From Octopus sinensis (lineage: Eukaryota): a stretch of DNA of 64,000 nt. The notes under the pieces were generated by a model that saw only the letters and a program-made list of their open reading frames with translations, did not search any database and was not told the origin of the DNA. A program made the translations under genes and the position numbers. The DNA is taken from NCBI RefSeq assembly GCF_006345805.1, contig NC_043001.1, forward strand, positions 5,642,001-5,706,000, in the 5' to 3' direction. This document shows positions 12,874 through 25,902 of this stretch, one piece after another. Each line of letters opens with the position of its first letter. Position 1 is the first letter of the stretch.

Positions 12874-14393
12874 CTCTCTCTCTTCCCAGTCAACTAGCTT
12901 TGTTTACTGTGGCTAAATATGTGTTAAATAACTTACATCGATTTGTTTCTTGTTTCGTTATGAAAAGGAGAACTATTCACCAACGTAACATCACAGTGAT
13001 TTTGTGCAACGATTTTTATTAAAACTTTTCAAGGAATTCTTAATAAATGTGCATTTCTATATATGCATATATGCATGTATACGCCTGTACATACACAAAC
13101 ACACAAACATTGACGCAGACGCACACACACATATATAAATGCACATCACACATATATAGTGTTATAGTAATAAATATTAAAAGCACACGATGAAAACAAA
13201 GCTGCATACATACATACGCATGAGCATAAAATTGTGCGTGCGTGTGTATATTCCTAAATATATATGTATTCTTATAAATCAAAATATCTCAGAGAAATTT
13301 TATTCAATTTCTTGAATATTTTAATGTATATTTTTCGTGAAATATTAATTTAAGAGCGATTTGAACTAGAAGAATATTATAGAATATTCAGAAGCCAGCG
13401 TCTATTCAATATATTAAATGTCTATGGCAGCTGAGCGGAATCAGAATATGTATGGACAGTTATTTCCGATGTTATTTTTTGAAAATATTGTTCAGGTTTT
13501 TTCATTTGTTTTATCATCGAAGAATAAGATATGAATGATTTAACTCTTCTTTCCATCATTTTTTATATCTTCTGAATTTAAATCATAGTTACCATATTGA
13601 AAACAATAGGAACAATGTTATAAGTAAAACATTGATTTTGATATTTCGGGAATTATTAACCATTGTCACATCACTTTCTTGTCCTTTCAAGTCATAGAAT
13701 AAGAAGGGAGATTCATTTTAAAACTATCTACACATGCTCAACTGAAATTTAACACAACTTTACTTTCATTAACTGCTAGTCTCAGCCGAGGACTAGATCG
13801 GTTTGACTTAAATTATTAGCAAAGTTAGGAATTATTCATTGCTAAATACACACTTATAACTGCAGTATTCCTTGATTGTAAGAAAGTGAAAGCAGTTATT
13901 CCGCGACAATTTTATAAATCCTAAATAATACCAGAATGCAAAAGTTGCAAATGAAAGTTGCCAACTATATGAAATGACTATAAGACCACAAGGACAAAGT
14001 AATCACAGAGCATGAATGTATCGAACATCAAATGTTAAAAGTAGAATAAAATAGTAATTGATGTGAGAGTCGGTGATACTCGGCCTGGTCTTTTGTAAGA
14101 TGTCCGTACCAGGATACATTGTGCAGCTCTTAGGGTGTGTCATTTACGTGTTATATAATTTCGATGTTATATTCCGTAACAACTGTATCATTGTAAAATT
14201 GCTGACTGATTCGTGATGGTTTCAATTGTTTAGCGCAATGTTTTCTGTAGAAAATACTCCCAGGTTTTCTCACAGAAAATGTTACTTCCTCATTATATTC
14301 ATATCTACCTACCTACTACATACATACGTAGAAACCTACGTACTTGCGTATATAGGAACATATATTCATATATACATACACACACACACTCAC

Positions 14394-14431
<38 letters not shown>

Positions 14432-14917
14432 GATATATATATATATATGTGTGTGGGTGTGTGTATATATCAATATTATTTTATAAGTTAAAACTTATAA
14501 CGATCAACGTGCAATGACTAAAGAATTAGTCTACTAATGAGGCAAATAATACCTCGAAGGAGAACCTACTTTTTTTTACCGCCGAGGGCTTCTAATCCCC
14601 ATTATCAAACTATTTGATTTAGACATTGCACGGTGATAAAATATAAATTTTAAGGCTAAAAATACTATTAGTATTCTTCACAGAATTGTAAAAATCGAAG
14701 CCGATTACAAAACCATCGCAGATATATATATATATATATATATTAATTTATTATATAGAAGGAGCTTCTACAGGACTAGAACGGTTTTCTTGAATGAAAC
14801 AGTTCTAGTCCTGTAGAAGCTCCTTCTATATAATAAATTAATTTTACTCTGCTATGTATTGAGTACCTTATTTACTGTGGTTAACCCCGAATCAACCCGG
14901 GACCTACATATATATAA

Positions 14918-14949
<32 letters not shown>

Positions 14950-16949
14950 CTATAGTTCTGATATTAAGATAAAGTTTAATAAAAAGATTTTACCAGTGGA
15001 CAGCATGCCTTAAAAATTTTATGTATATATATATATATATATATATATAAATTAAGACATTGAGTTGATAAAGTCCTGGTTACGTATATTTCATAGCTAG
15101 CGGAACCTCGGAAGGAGTAAAATGTGTGTATGTATTTGTCACCACCACCATTTGACAACTGGTTTTACTATCTTTAGGCCTCCCTAATTTTGAAGGTCAC
15201 CAGCAAGTCTGATCGATTTCGTATCAAGCTTATAAAGATATGTAGTGGCGTTGATTCATTCGAGTAAAAATTCTTGAAGACAGTGCCAAAAACTGGCCGC
15301 AATTGATTGAAGCAAATGAAAGATACCAGAAAAAGTTATGTTCTGTTATAAAAAGTGTTGTATCCGATTACGTATCTAAATAAATATCGGTCCCACTTGA
15401 AGTTACGGAATTGTAGTAACACATGTTTCTAGGCTTGTATTCAATTTTACATGAAGATGCGATGTATGCATATTTTTGATGTTTTCTCTATTACACACCT
15501 ACGTATAAGTCCATACGTGATTATTCTCCCTGTGCACACTGATGCAATTAATGTCGATCGTAGCCAGTCAGTTCATGGATAACCAGTCAAAACTAATAGT
15601 TATTAATTCATGATTTCTTTAAAACTCAGATTGTGACAGTGTGTTTTGAGGGACTTCACTACAAATATTACCAATATTAGTGTCGGTGACTTTACGTGGT
15701 CGTTGTCTATGGAAGCAGAAACATTTGATTGTACTCAAAATATAACCATGTCTTCTTCAAAAGATTGTACAATGAAACATTACTTTGCGAACACTCAGTA
15801 TTATTTTTTCCCGAAAATATTGAATGTTGGAATTTTTCGCATATTTTTCTCCAATTCTTAAATATATCGAGAAATATTTGCATGTTCATTGATCTGATGA
15901 ACTTTGTGCTTTTTTTTTATTTTTGTGAAGAAATTTGAACGTGTGCCCACGTTATTAAGGCACATCATTTCTCTGTTGAGCCTTAAATTATTCACAGTTC
16001 CCTTTATTTTAATAAAGCGTTTAGATGAACTGCTTTTCTCCGCAACTCGCTACTTTCAATTTGTTATTCTCTAATCTATGATATTAAATCTTTTAATCAT
16101 CCTTTAAAATGACATCAATTGAAAGTGTAGGTCCCCAACTTTACCTTCAATGTTGTTTCTTATGTAACAATGGTAACAGTCCTAGTTTCAGACAAAGCTT
16201 TGAAGAAACAAGTTAACCAAGTGATCTGTGATATTTACTTCATCATATGTCTCCTCATCTAAATTGACTTTCTTTTACATAAGAACTACAGCAACAGCAC
16301 AGCAAAGATAGACAAATAATTTCTTATTCATTTTTTTCTGATATCATAACCAGACAAAACTAAGAACTATTATTTCGTACACTTACTTTCTACAAACATC
16401 TGTACTTACATCATACACTAACTTCGTTATTCAAAATCCGCAAACTGCAGAAGAACAATCGATTATGTTAAACAAAATATAATAATATGAACATTTTGTT
16501 TTCCAAGTCATGTAGAAAAAAAAATGCTTTAAAAATCCCAAATAATTTTTGGGAAAAAAACTTTTTAAAGTATTTTTTTTCATGCTATTATTCAGGTGTA
16601 TTGAATTCTCAGTGAAATAAGGTGTAGAAAATTACAACATAATATTTACAATAATATCAATAACAAATGAGAATAAAAGAAAAGCGAAACGAAAAATAAT
16701 AAATAGTGAGAAAATAAAACACAAAGGAGACTACTACTCTATGGTTGAAGTGTGTTCACGATATTTTTATTCCCATACACAACAGACATACACCAGAATC
16801 TCCCTACAACTCTCATCCTTTCCTTACGTATAAAGCAATGTATTCATATATGCATACATACATAGTAACACAGGCACAGACACACGTATGTATATACCAA
16901 TGTATATATATAAAACATACACACACACATATGCATATATATATGTATG

Positions 16950-16993
<44 letters not shown>

Positions 16994-17302
16994 TATGTGT
17001 GTGTGTGTGAATGTATGTATGTATATCCATATATTGCCGTATTGTATGAGTATGAAAGGATTGTTCAGCCATTTCTAAAACATCAGTTCAAACTGTGACA
17101 CAGAAATAAGATTCCCATTATTAATTAAACCTAATTTAATGAAACTTCCAGAGACAGGAAGTAAACAGACTAAACAAAAATGTAAATTTTGACAAAAATC
17201 GAATTAATATGAATAAATTAAAGTACGAGTAAACATGAGAAGAAACTTTATTTTGTAATTAAAGAAGAGAGGTGGTACTACGGTTAGAGTGTATCAGATA
17301 TT

Positions 17303-17336
<34 letters not shown>

Positions 17337-18047
17337 TAAAGGGAGTGAGAGAAAAAGAAGGAAGGAAATAAAGAAGATTGAAAGAAAGAAAGACTGTAAG
17401 AAAGAAATAAGGAAACAAGATGGCGTTAGGTTAAATAGGAGTGTAACGGAATATCATATAAATGTATATAAAAAATAGAATATAAGGCGACTGTTATATT
17501 AAGGCGTAGAACAAAATAATTTTTGGGAGAAACAATATTAGTAACAGTGTTAAAAATTATAACTATATATTAATAAAAAATAATTGATATTTTTAATAAT
17601 AATGATAATATGAATAAAAATTGACAAGTTAAATAATTGTGAAAGGCGGTGATTTATTTGGAACCATTCCTTTGTTTTACAACTCCAGATTCTTGAATTA
17701 ATATTTTTTATCCTCATTATATATTCTACGCTGTAATTACATTATCCACATGTTAGTGGACGGTATTTTGTATTTATTTCGTTTTGTTGGTTCTGTTTTC
17801 TAAAGAGAGATCAAGTGATATTAAAAAGACGTCGTTGAAAAATAATTTTGAAATAAGCGTCATGAAAAAAGAAAAGAAAAAAATTAGAATTAGTACTAAA
17901 TAGACACTCATGATATTTAGGAAGACGATAACAATGAGACACGATCATGTGAATACAAATGCCAAGCCGAAAAAACTAAGTACAATGGTGAGTGTAGTCA
18001 ATCAAAAACGCTCAACCTTGTACGTACTCGCACGCACATACATTCAT

Positions 18048-18082
<35 letters not shown>

Positions 18083-18157
18083 GTGTGTGTGTGTGCATAT
18101 ATATGTATATGTATATGCGTATATATACATATATGTATATATATGTATATATATATA

Positions 18158-18205
<48 letters not shown>

Positions 18206-18211
18206 GCATTT

Positions 18212-18415
18212 ATTTTTCTTACTTGTTTCAGTCATTGACTGCGGCCATGCTGGAGCCCGCCTTTAGTCGAGCGAATCGACCCCGGGACTTATTCTTGTAA
18301 GCCCAGTACTTATTCTATCTTTCTCTTTTGCCGAACCGCTAAGTGACGGGGACGTAAACACACCAACATCGGTTGTCCAAAAATGCTAGGGGACAAACAC
18401 AGACACACAAACACA
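18212..18415 (-). mobile_element. SINE family B, 3' half (5' half lies at 20374-20526)
   Basis: Matches the 3' half of the full copy 57633-58054 (GACTGCGGCCATGCTGGAGC..GCCGAACCGCTAAG..GGGACAAACACAGAC). Confidence 0.9.
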
Positions 18416-18438
18416 TACATATATATATATATATATAT

Positions 18439-18474
<36 letters not shown>

Positions 18475-18660
18475 TGATAAAACGGTAAGATAACAAAAGA
18501 AAGAAGAGAGACCTCAATATTATGTAAATAGAGGAAATTTATCTATACAATATGTTACATTACTCGGTAGTCAAGATAAAACTCTGAGTTTCCACTTCGG
18601 CATCTGAAACTCAGAGTTTTATCTTGACTACCGAGTATGTAACATATTGTATAGATATAT

Positions 18661-18706
<46 letters not shown>

Positions 18707-18724
18707 GTATGTATGTAGAGAGTA

Positions 18725-20344
18725 TGTAAAAGTATGTAAGAGAGTCTTAGCAAGACCACTGCAGTTTCCTCTCAGTTCCTCTTTCAGAGCTTCCTTGCAG
18801 CTGGCAAAATTCCAAGAAAACTGAAGGAAGGTAAATATGCCCTATTCATAAAGGAGGTAGCAGAGCGGAGGCCAAGAACTACAGACCTATCTCTCTGACT
18901 CACACATCAGCAAGTCATGGAACGAATAGTCAGAAGGAAACTAATCACCTTCCTTGAAGAAAATGACTTGCTGCCTGACACCCAACATGGTTTCCGACCA
19001 GGAAGAAGCTGCTTAACTCAGCTCCTGCAGCACTATGACTGGGTGCTGAAACAACTGCTCAACCACTCAAATGTGGAAGTCATATATCTCGACTTCGCAA
19101 AGGCCTTCGATAAAGTCGATCATGGAATGATATGTCACAAACTGCGTGATCTGGCATAGTTGGAAAACTAGGAGAATGGCTTCACGACTTTCTGAAGAAT
19201 AGAAGTCAGGTGGTAGTAGCGAATGGGGCCACTTCCATTAGCACGCAAATAGTGAGCGTGTTCCACAGGGCACTGTTTTGGGACCACTACTGTTCATAAT
19301 GGCCCTCTCAGACATGCCCTCAGCCACGCGGAGAGCCACGATCACAAGTTATGCAGATGATACAAAAGTTTCACAGGCAATACAGAACCCTGAAGACACT
19401 AGGCACCTGCAATATGAGCTGGACGAAATATACAAGTGGGCTGAAAAGAATAGCATGCAGTTCAATGCTGAAAAGTTTCAAGCTTTATACTATCAGCATG
19501 CAAAACTGAATGCAATACCCAAGGAATACACTGGACCCGGAGGGATTGCAATCCCAGAGGCACAATCAGTGCGTGACCTGGGTATTCACATGAGTGATGA
19601 CGCGACCTTTCATGTACATGTTGCTAACTGACAATGAAATGCAGACGGCTGGCTGGATAGATTCTTAGAACCTTTAGAACAAGAGAACAAGAAACATGAT
19701 GGTCCTCTGGAAGACACTTGTCCTAAGTCACTTTGACTATTGCTCTCAGCTATGGTCACCATCCAGTGTCAAGTTGATCACAGAACTTGAGGCGATCCAA
19801 CGAAGCTACACGAAGAAGATAGCCTCTATGCAGAATGTAAGCTACTGGGAAAGACTCAAGAGATTAAAATTATATTCCCTGGAGCGTAGGCGGGAAGATA
19901 TGCCATAATATACATCTGGAAGATCCTGGAGGGAAGTGTCCTGAACTTTGGCATCGAGAGTTACGCAAATGCCAGAACTGGGCGCCACTGCGTGGTCCCT
20001 AGGACTCCAAACTTGCCATCAAGATGTAGGACAAGATTCTGTGATAGCCTGGGCTTCCGAGGCCCACAGCTCTTCAATATCCTCCCGATGAACCTGAGAG
20101 ACCTGCATGGGGTGGATACAGATGCCTTTTAAAATGGAGCTGGATCTCTTCCTGTCAGGTGTCCCAGATGAACCAACTTCACGGCAGGAGGGCAGATGAG
20201 GCAGCTGCATCGAACTCTCTCATGCACCAAATAGCAGTTGCTAGAAAGCCTCCATGAAGTGAAACCAAGTAGCAACACCAAATGGCGGTGCCCCAGCATG
20301 ACCACAGCTCATAAGCTGAAGCTAGAATCAATCAATCAATCAAT
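18725..20344 (+). mobile_element. 5'-truncated CR1-group LINE ORF2 (RT domain, frameshifts/stops) with (TCAA)n tail
   Basis: KNYRPISL, QHGFRPGRSCLTQLL, IYLDFAKAFDKVDH, LGPLLF, SYADDTK, DYCSQLWSP, LYSLERRR in ORFs 18917-19159, 19278-19631 and 19696-19908. Confidence 0.95.
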
Positions 20345-20373
20345 CATATATATACATATATATATATACATAT

Positions 20374-20524
20374 ATACGACGGGCTTCTTTCAGTTTCCGT
20401 CTACCAAATCTACTCACAAGGCATTGGTCGGCCCGGGGCTATAGCAGAAGATGCCACGCAGTGGGACTGAACCCGGAACCATGTGGTTGGTAAGCAAGCT
20501 ACATACCACACAGCCACTCCTGCG

Positions 20525-20526
<2 letters not shown>
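20374..20526 (-). mobile_element. SINE family B, 5' half (tRNA-like head)
   Basis: Reverse complement starts GGCGCAGGAGTGGCTGTGTGGT (box A) and has GGTTCAGTCCC (box B). Runs to AAGCCCGTCGTAT. Confidence 0.9.
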
Positions 20527-20574
<48 letters not shown>

Positions 20575-20592
20575 TATATATATGATTGCCTT

Positions 20593-23500
20593 TTGGAGCT
20601 GGGGCGTCGTCCATCCATCTGGACGCCGCCCCCAGGCCTTTTCAGTAGCCTAGATTCGTTTGTACATGACTGCAACGCTTTGGTCCACCGTTTCAACTTT
20701 GCACCAAGACCCCGCCGAGCCAACCTCACTCGGGCCGAATCCATTGCCCTTCGCCACCTCCGCCGTCGTGATGACATTGTCATCAAACCGGCGGACAAAG
20801 GCGGGGCAGTGGTAGTGTGGCGCGCGGACCTATCCACATGGAGAAGCGCTCAACCAGCTTCAAAATCCACTCTTCTATCGCCTCCTCCCCTCCGATCCCA
20901 CCTCCTCCTACCACAGCGAGTGTCCTCCACCATCCACGACCTCATCTCCTCCTCCGCTCTCTCCCCTCACCGCCACCAACCTCATCGTCCGCACACCCCG
21001 CACCTCCACCATCTACTTCCTTCCCAAGATCCATAAACCCTGGCCGTCCCATAGTCTTGGCCTGTAATTGCCCCACTGAACTCATCTCCCTATAACTCGA
21101 CCGCATCCTGTCCCCCTTAGTCGCAGCCCTCCCATCCCACATACACGACACCAACCACGCCCTCCGTCTCTTCAATTCCTTTTCCTTCCCTTCCAGCCCC
21201 TCACACCTCCTCTTCACTTTAGATGTAAAATCCCTGTACACAGTGATTCCCCACAATGACGGTCTCCTAGCCCTCCAACACTTCTCGACCGTCGTCCCCG
21301 ACCCCACCCCCAGCACCCCCACCCTTCTCCGTTTGGCTGAGCTCGTCCTCACCCTCAATTGCTTCACGTTCGCCGGGAAACGTACCAACAGCTGTCCGGG
21401 GTCGCGATGGGAACTAGGATGGGCCCCAATTTCGCCAATCTCTTTCTTGGCTACATTGAGGCCCAAGTCTTCTCCCAGTTCTCTGGGCCGACCCCCGAAC
21501 TATACGGTCGCTATATCGACGACTGCGTAGGTGCCACCTCCCTTTCCGTGAACTTCTCTTCTCTGCCAATTCATCTCTTTCCTTCCAACTTTCACCCCTC
21601 TCTTCAATTCACCTCCACCATCTCCAACACCTCTGTCAACTTCCTTGACATCTCTCTCCGCATCGATCACCCATCCAGCTCTCTCACCACCACCGCCTTT
21701 TTTAAACCTACGGCTTCCCACCTCTATCTCAACTTCTCTTCCTCCCACCCTTTCCACACCAAACGAGCCACCCCTACTCCCAGTTCCTCCGCCTCCGACG
21801 TTTGTGCAGCCGCGACCAGGATTTCGAGACCCAATCTCAATACCTGGCCCGCATGTTCAGCAGACTCCGAGTTACCCACCCATACTCCTCTCTGATGCCC
21901 TCACCCGCGCCCGTCGCATCGACCGCACTACCACCCTGTCTCCTTCCCCCCGCCCCCCCCCCAACCGCACCCCCCCTTCCCCCTCCTTTTCCCCCCCCTC
22001 TACCCTACCCCTTCGTCGCAAGATACTACGCCTTCCGTCGCCTCCAGCTTGATCCACCCCCCGCCCCCATTTTCCGTAACCTACCCCTGTCCTCTTTCAA
22101 ACGAGCCCGCAATCTGCGTGACCTCCTGGTCCACAGCACCCTCTCTCCTTCCCCCTCAGCCCCACACGGATCATTCCTTGCTCTAGATCCCACTGCAACA
22201 CTTGCCCCTTCATCACCAACACCACCGCTGTCACCGGCTCCAACCTGCACACTGTACGCATTAGGCACTCTTTTACGTGCACCTCGTCTGGCCTTATTTA
22301 CTGCATTAAATGCAACCTATGCGGGATGCTGTATGTAGGACAGACGGGACGCCGTTTGTCCGACCGTTTCACTGAACACTTGAGGGACGTTCGCCTACAC
22401 TCTCTTCTCTCCCGTCGCACGCCACTTCCGCTCGGCCGGCCATTCCCTAGATGACATCTCAGTGTTTGGTCTCGCCCCCCACCATGGTCGCCCACTTTCC
22501 AGGCTCCACTTGGAGCAACGCTACATCTTCACCCTACAAACTACCACCCCACACGGACTTAACACAGCCCCCTCCTCTTGGAGATCCTCTTTTTTTTTTT
22601 TGTGGACACACCACCCAACACCACAACACCCACCTCCCCCACAATCACACGCCCACCCACCTACCTCCCACACCCACCCACCTACCTCCCACACCCACCC
22701 ACCCACCTACCTCCCACACGCCTGTTCACACACACACATACGTAGACCCATCTACGTACATACATTCACACATTTAATCACACACACTTACAGACATACT
22801 AACACACACTAACATACAAACCACACACACACACACACACCACAGACATACATACACACATACACACACACATACATACGCACATACATACACACACACT
22901 CACACACACACACCGCACGTACATACTTCACACACACACACCGCACGTACATACTTCACACACACACACATGCAAACATACATGTAGGCACATACATACA
23001 TACATACCTACACATGCACACCCTTACACTGAATGCACACACACATACACCTTTTTGCATCCAGGTAGCCACCCCTCTTTTCTGCTTTCCGGTTTTGGCT
23101 GATGGATCCTCGGTTCCCGCGTAGCGGGGCGTTCGAGGGCCTTTGCGCTCGCGCGCCTTGGCGCGCGCTGGGGGCTTGGTCGGCCCCTTGGGCTTGCGTT
23201 GTACTGCTTGTGCGTTGTGTGCGTGAGCGCGCTTCGTGTGTGTGGGCTTGCTTCGGATGTGCGCGTGCGTATGTATGCATACATACCCACACACTCGCAT
23301 GCATCCCTACCCACATACATACACGCACACCTACTCACAGACACACATACACACACATACCAGCACACACACACACACATACATACATACACATACATAC
23401 CTACTTCAGACATACACACACACACCTACACAGCCATACCCTCACTCAGACACACACATCTACCTACACACACACACAAACACACACGGACACACACCCA

Positions 23501-25510
23501 TACATACATACATCTACACACACACGCCTACACACACACATACACATATACACACATACGCACACACACATATACTTATACACATGCACACACACACACA
23601 CATACATACATACACCCATATACATACACACACACATACCCACATACTCCTATACGCACATACATACACACAGACATACACACATACACACTCACACAAA
23701 CATACACACACACATACTTACACACACACTCACCTGCACGCGCAACACATGCATGACAAACCCCATACACTCACACTCACATACGCACACACCAACATAA
23801 ACACGCACACGCACACGCACACAACACCTACACTCCACACACATACACACGCACCTACATACACACACGCACGCATACACACACGCATACACACATACAT
23901 TACACACGTACACACACACCTACATACACATGCATACACACACACACAAAACATGCACGGACACACCCCAGACATACATACATACACCTATATACACACG
24001 CCCACACACCTACATACACACACATATACCCACGCCCACACACCTACATACACACACATACATACACACACATACACGGACACACCCATACATACTTACA
24101 TACATACACCTATACACACACGCCTACACACCTACATACACACACATGCATACACACACATGTACGCACATACACACACATATACGCACATACATATTAT
24201 ACCCCACACATGCACACACACACACACATACGCACATGCATGCATGCATGCATGCACACGCGCACCCTACACGCATACACACACACACACGCACGTACAC
24301 ATACATACATACACACACGCATACATACACCCATACAACATGCATCCTACACACACATACATACACACTCACATACATACACACACACACACTCACTCAC
24401 ACACCTGTATGTACGCGCACACACACATGCACATACACACCTTCCCCACACCCACACGTACATACATACACACTCACACACATACACACACACACACACA
24501 CACACGGACATACATCTATGCACACACATACATACACACATACTCACATACATTCATCGGACACACTGCCACCCACCCGACATACACACAGACACACTCA
24601 CACATCCACACACATACATACTTACGCACATACTCGCAGGCGCGCGCACGCCACGCGCTTGCGCCGGCTCGCGCACGCATACGCGCCGCAGGCACCTCGC
24701 TCGCTCTTGGACCCGACAAGACCTCCCGCCCGTTCCTGGGACCGTCGCGTGTCGTTGGGTTTTCCCACGCCCGTCTCCGCGGGACCACTCTTCCATCTTC
24801 CCCTCAGCTGGAGTCCTTTTTCCTTAACCCCCCCCCTTTTTCGTTACACACACGCGCACACATATACACACATTGCTTAAATATATACATTACTCTTACA
24901 CACATTCAATCTACTCGCCATTAATACCACCACGACACTGGACACACACCACCTACTACTCAACACACGCTGGCACGCTACATACGCCCCCACCCCCTTC
25001 CCCTCCCTCCCTTCCTCCTCCCTCCCTTCTTTTTCTTACTACTGACCTTGTCTGCTAAGCTGACCACTAGTCTCGCCCTACCTACCTCACAACGCCTACA
25101 CACAGACGCACACACTAACACACACATATATTTTTGTGTTTTTCATCTCGCCTCACACACACACATACACACACGCACACGCACACGCACACACTCACAC
25201 AACACACACATCTGTAGCGTTACCAACCTTATCTCCACTCTTTTGCCTTTAAAAACCCACTTTGCTCTGTTTTCGTAAACATCCGCCTTTCACCATGTGC
25301 AACTCGTAAACACCAGTCGTCTTTTTTCTCTTCCCTGTTGCCCGCTCTGGGATCTTTCTTTCCTCTCTCTTCCTTCTTTATGTTTCCGACGAAGAGCTCC
25401 GCTCGAAACGTCATACCTCCCTGCTTCCATTTCCTGAGCGCCTATTAATAATAATACTGTAATTGTTCCATTGTTGTTGTTTTTTTGTTTCCCGTTTGGA
25501 TTAAAATTAT
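20593..25510 (+). mobile_element. 5'-truncated Penelope-like retroelement (probably Neptune-type): RT + Cys linker + GIY-YIG, long CA-rich insert, terminal repeat with hammerhead-like motif
   Basis: NLTRAESIAL..DDIVIKPADKGGAVVVW, LDVKSLYTVIP, QQLSGVAMGTRMGP, RYIDD, FLDI, YLNFSSSHP, linker CSRSHCNTCPF, LIYCIKCNLCGMLYVGQTGRRLSDRFTEH. Coding part ~20593-22570 is heavily frameshifted. Confidence 0.92.
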
Positions 25511-25561
25511 ATATATATATATATATTATATATATATATGTATATATATATAATCTTTTAT

Positions 25562-25802
25562 TGGTTGTTTCAGTAATTTTTACTGCAGCCATGCTGGAGC
25601 AACGCCTTTGGTCGAACACATCGACACCAGGACTTATTCTTTGTAAGCATAGTACTTATTCTATCAGTCTTTTGGCGGACCGCTAACTTACGCGGACATA
25701 AACACAGCAAAATCGCTGGTGTGGGGACAAAACACAGATACATACATATATATTTACACACACACACATATATATATATATATGAGTAGGTATATATATA
25801 TA

Positions 25803-25850
<48 letters not shown>

Positions 25851-25902
25851 TTGATTTATAGAACAGGCTTGTTTCAGTTTCTGTCTACTGAATCCACTCC
25901 CA
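25562..25902 (-). mobile_element. SINE family B, 5'-truncated diverged copy
   Basis: GCAGCCATGCTGGAGC..CCAGGACTTATTCTTTGTAAGC, (TA)n linker, then TTTCAGTTTCTGTCTACTGAATCCACTC. Confidence 0.8.

Noticed and set aside
14534-14565. Hammerhead-like CTAATGA-GG..CCTC-GAAGG
   Set aside because: Both core boxes are mutated, with no helix III or cleavage triplet.
23102-24924. Long His/Thr/Tyr-rich ORFs (up to 562 aa)
   Set aside because: Translations of (CA)/(TA) mixed microsatellite, which lacks stop codons. No coding signal.
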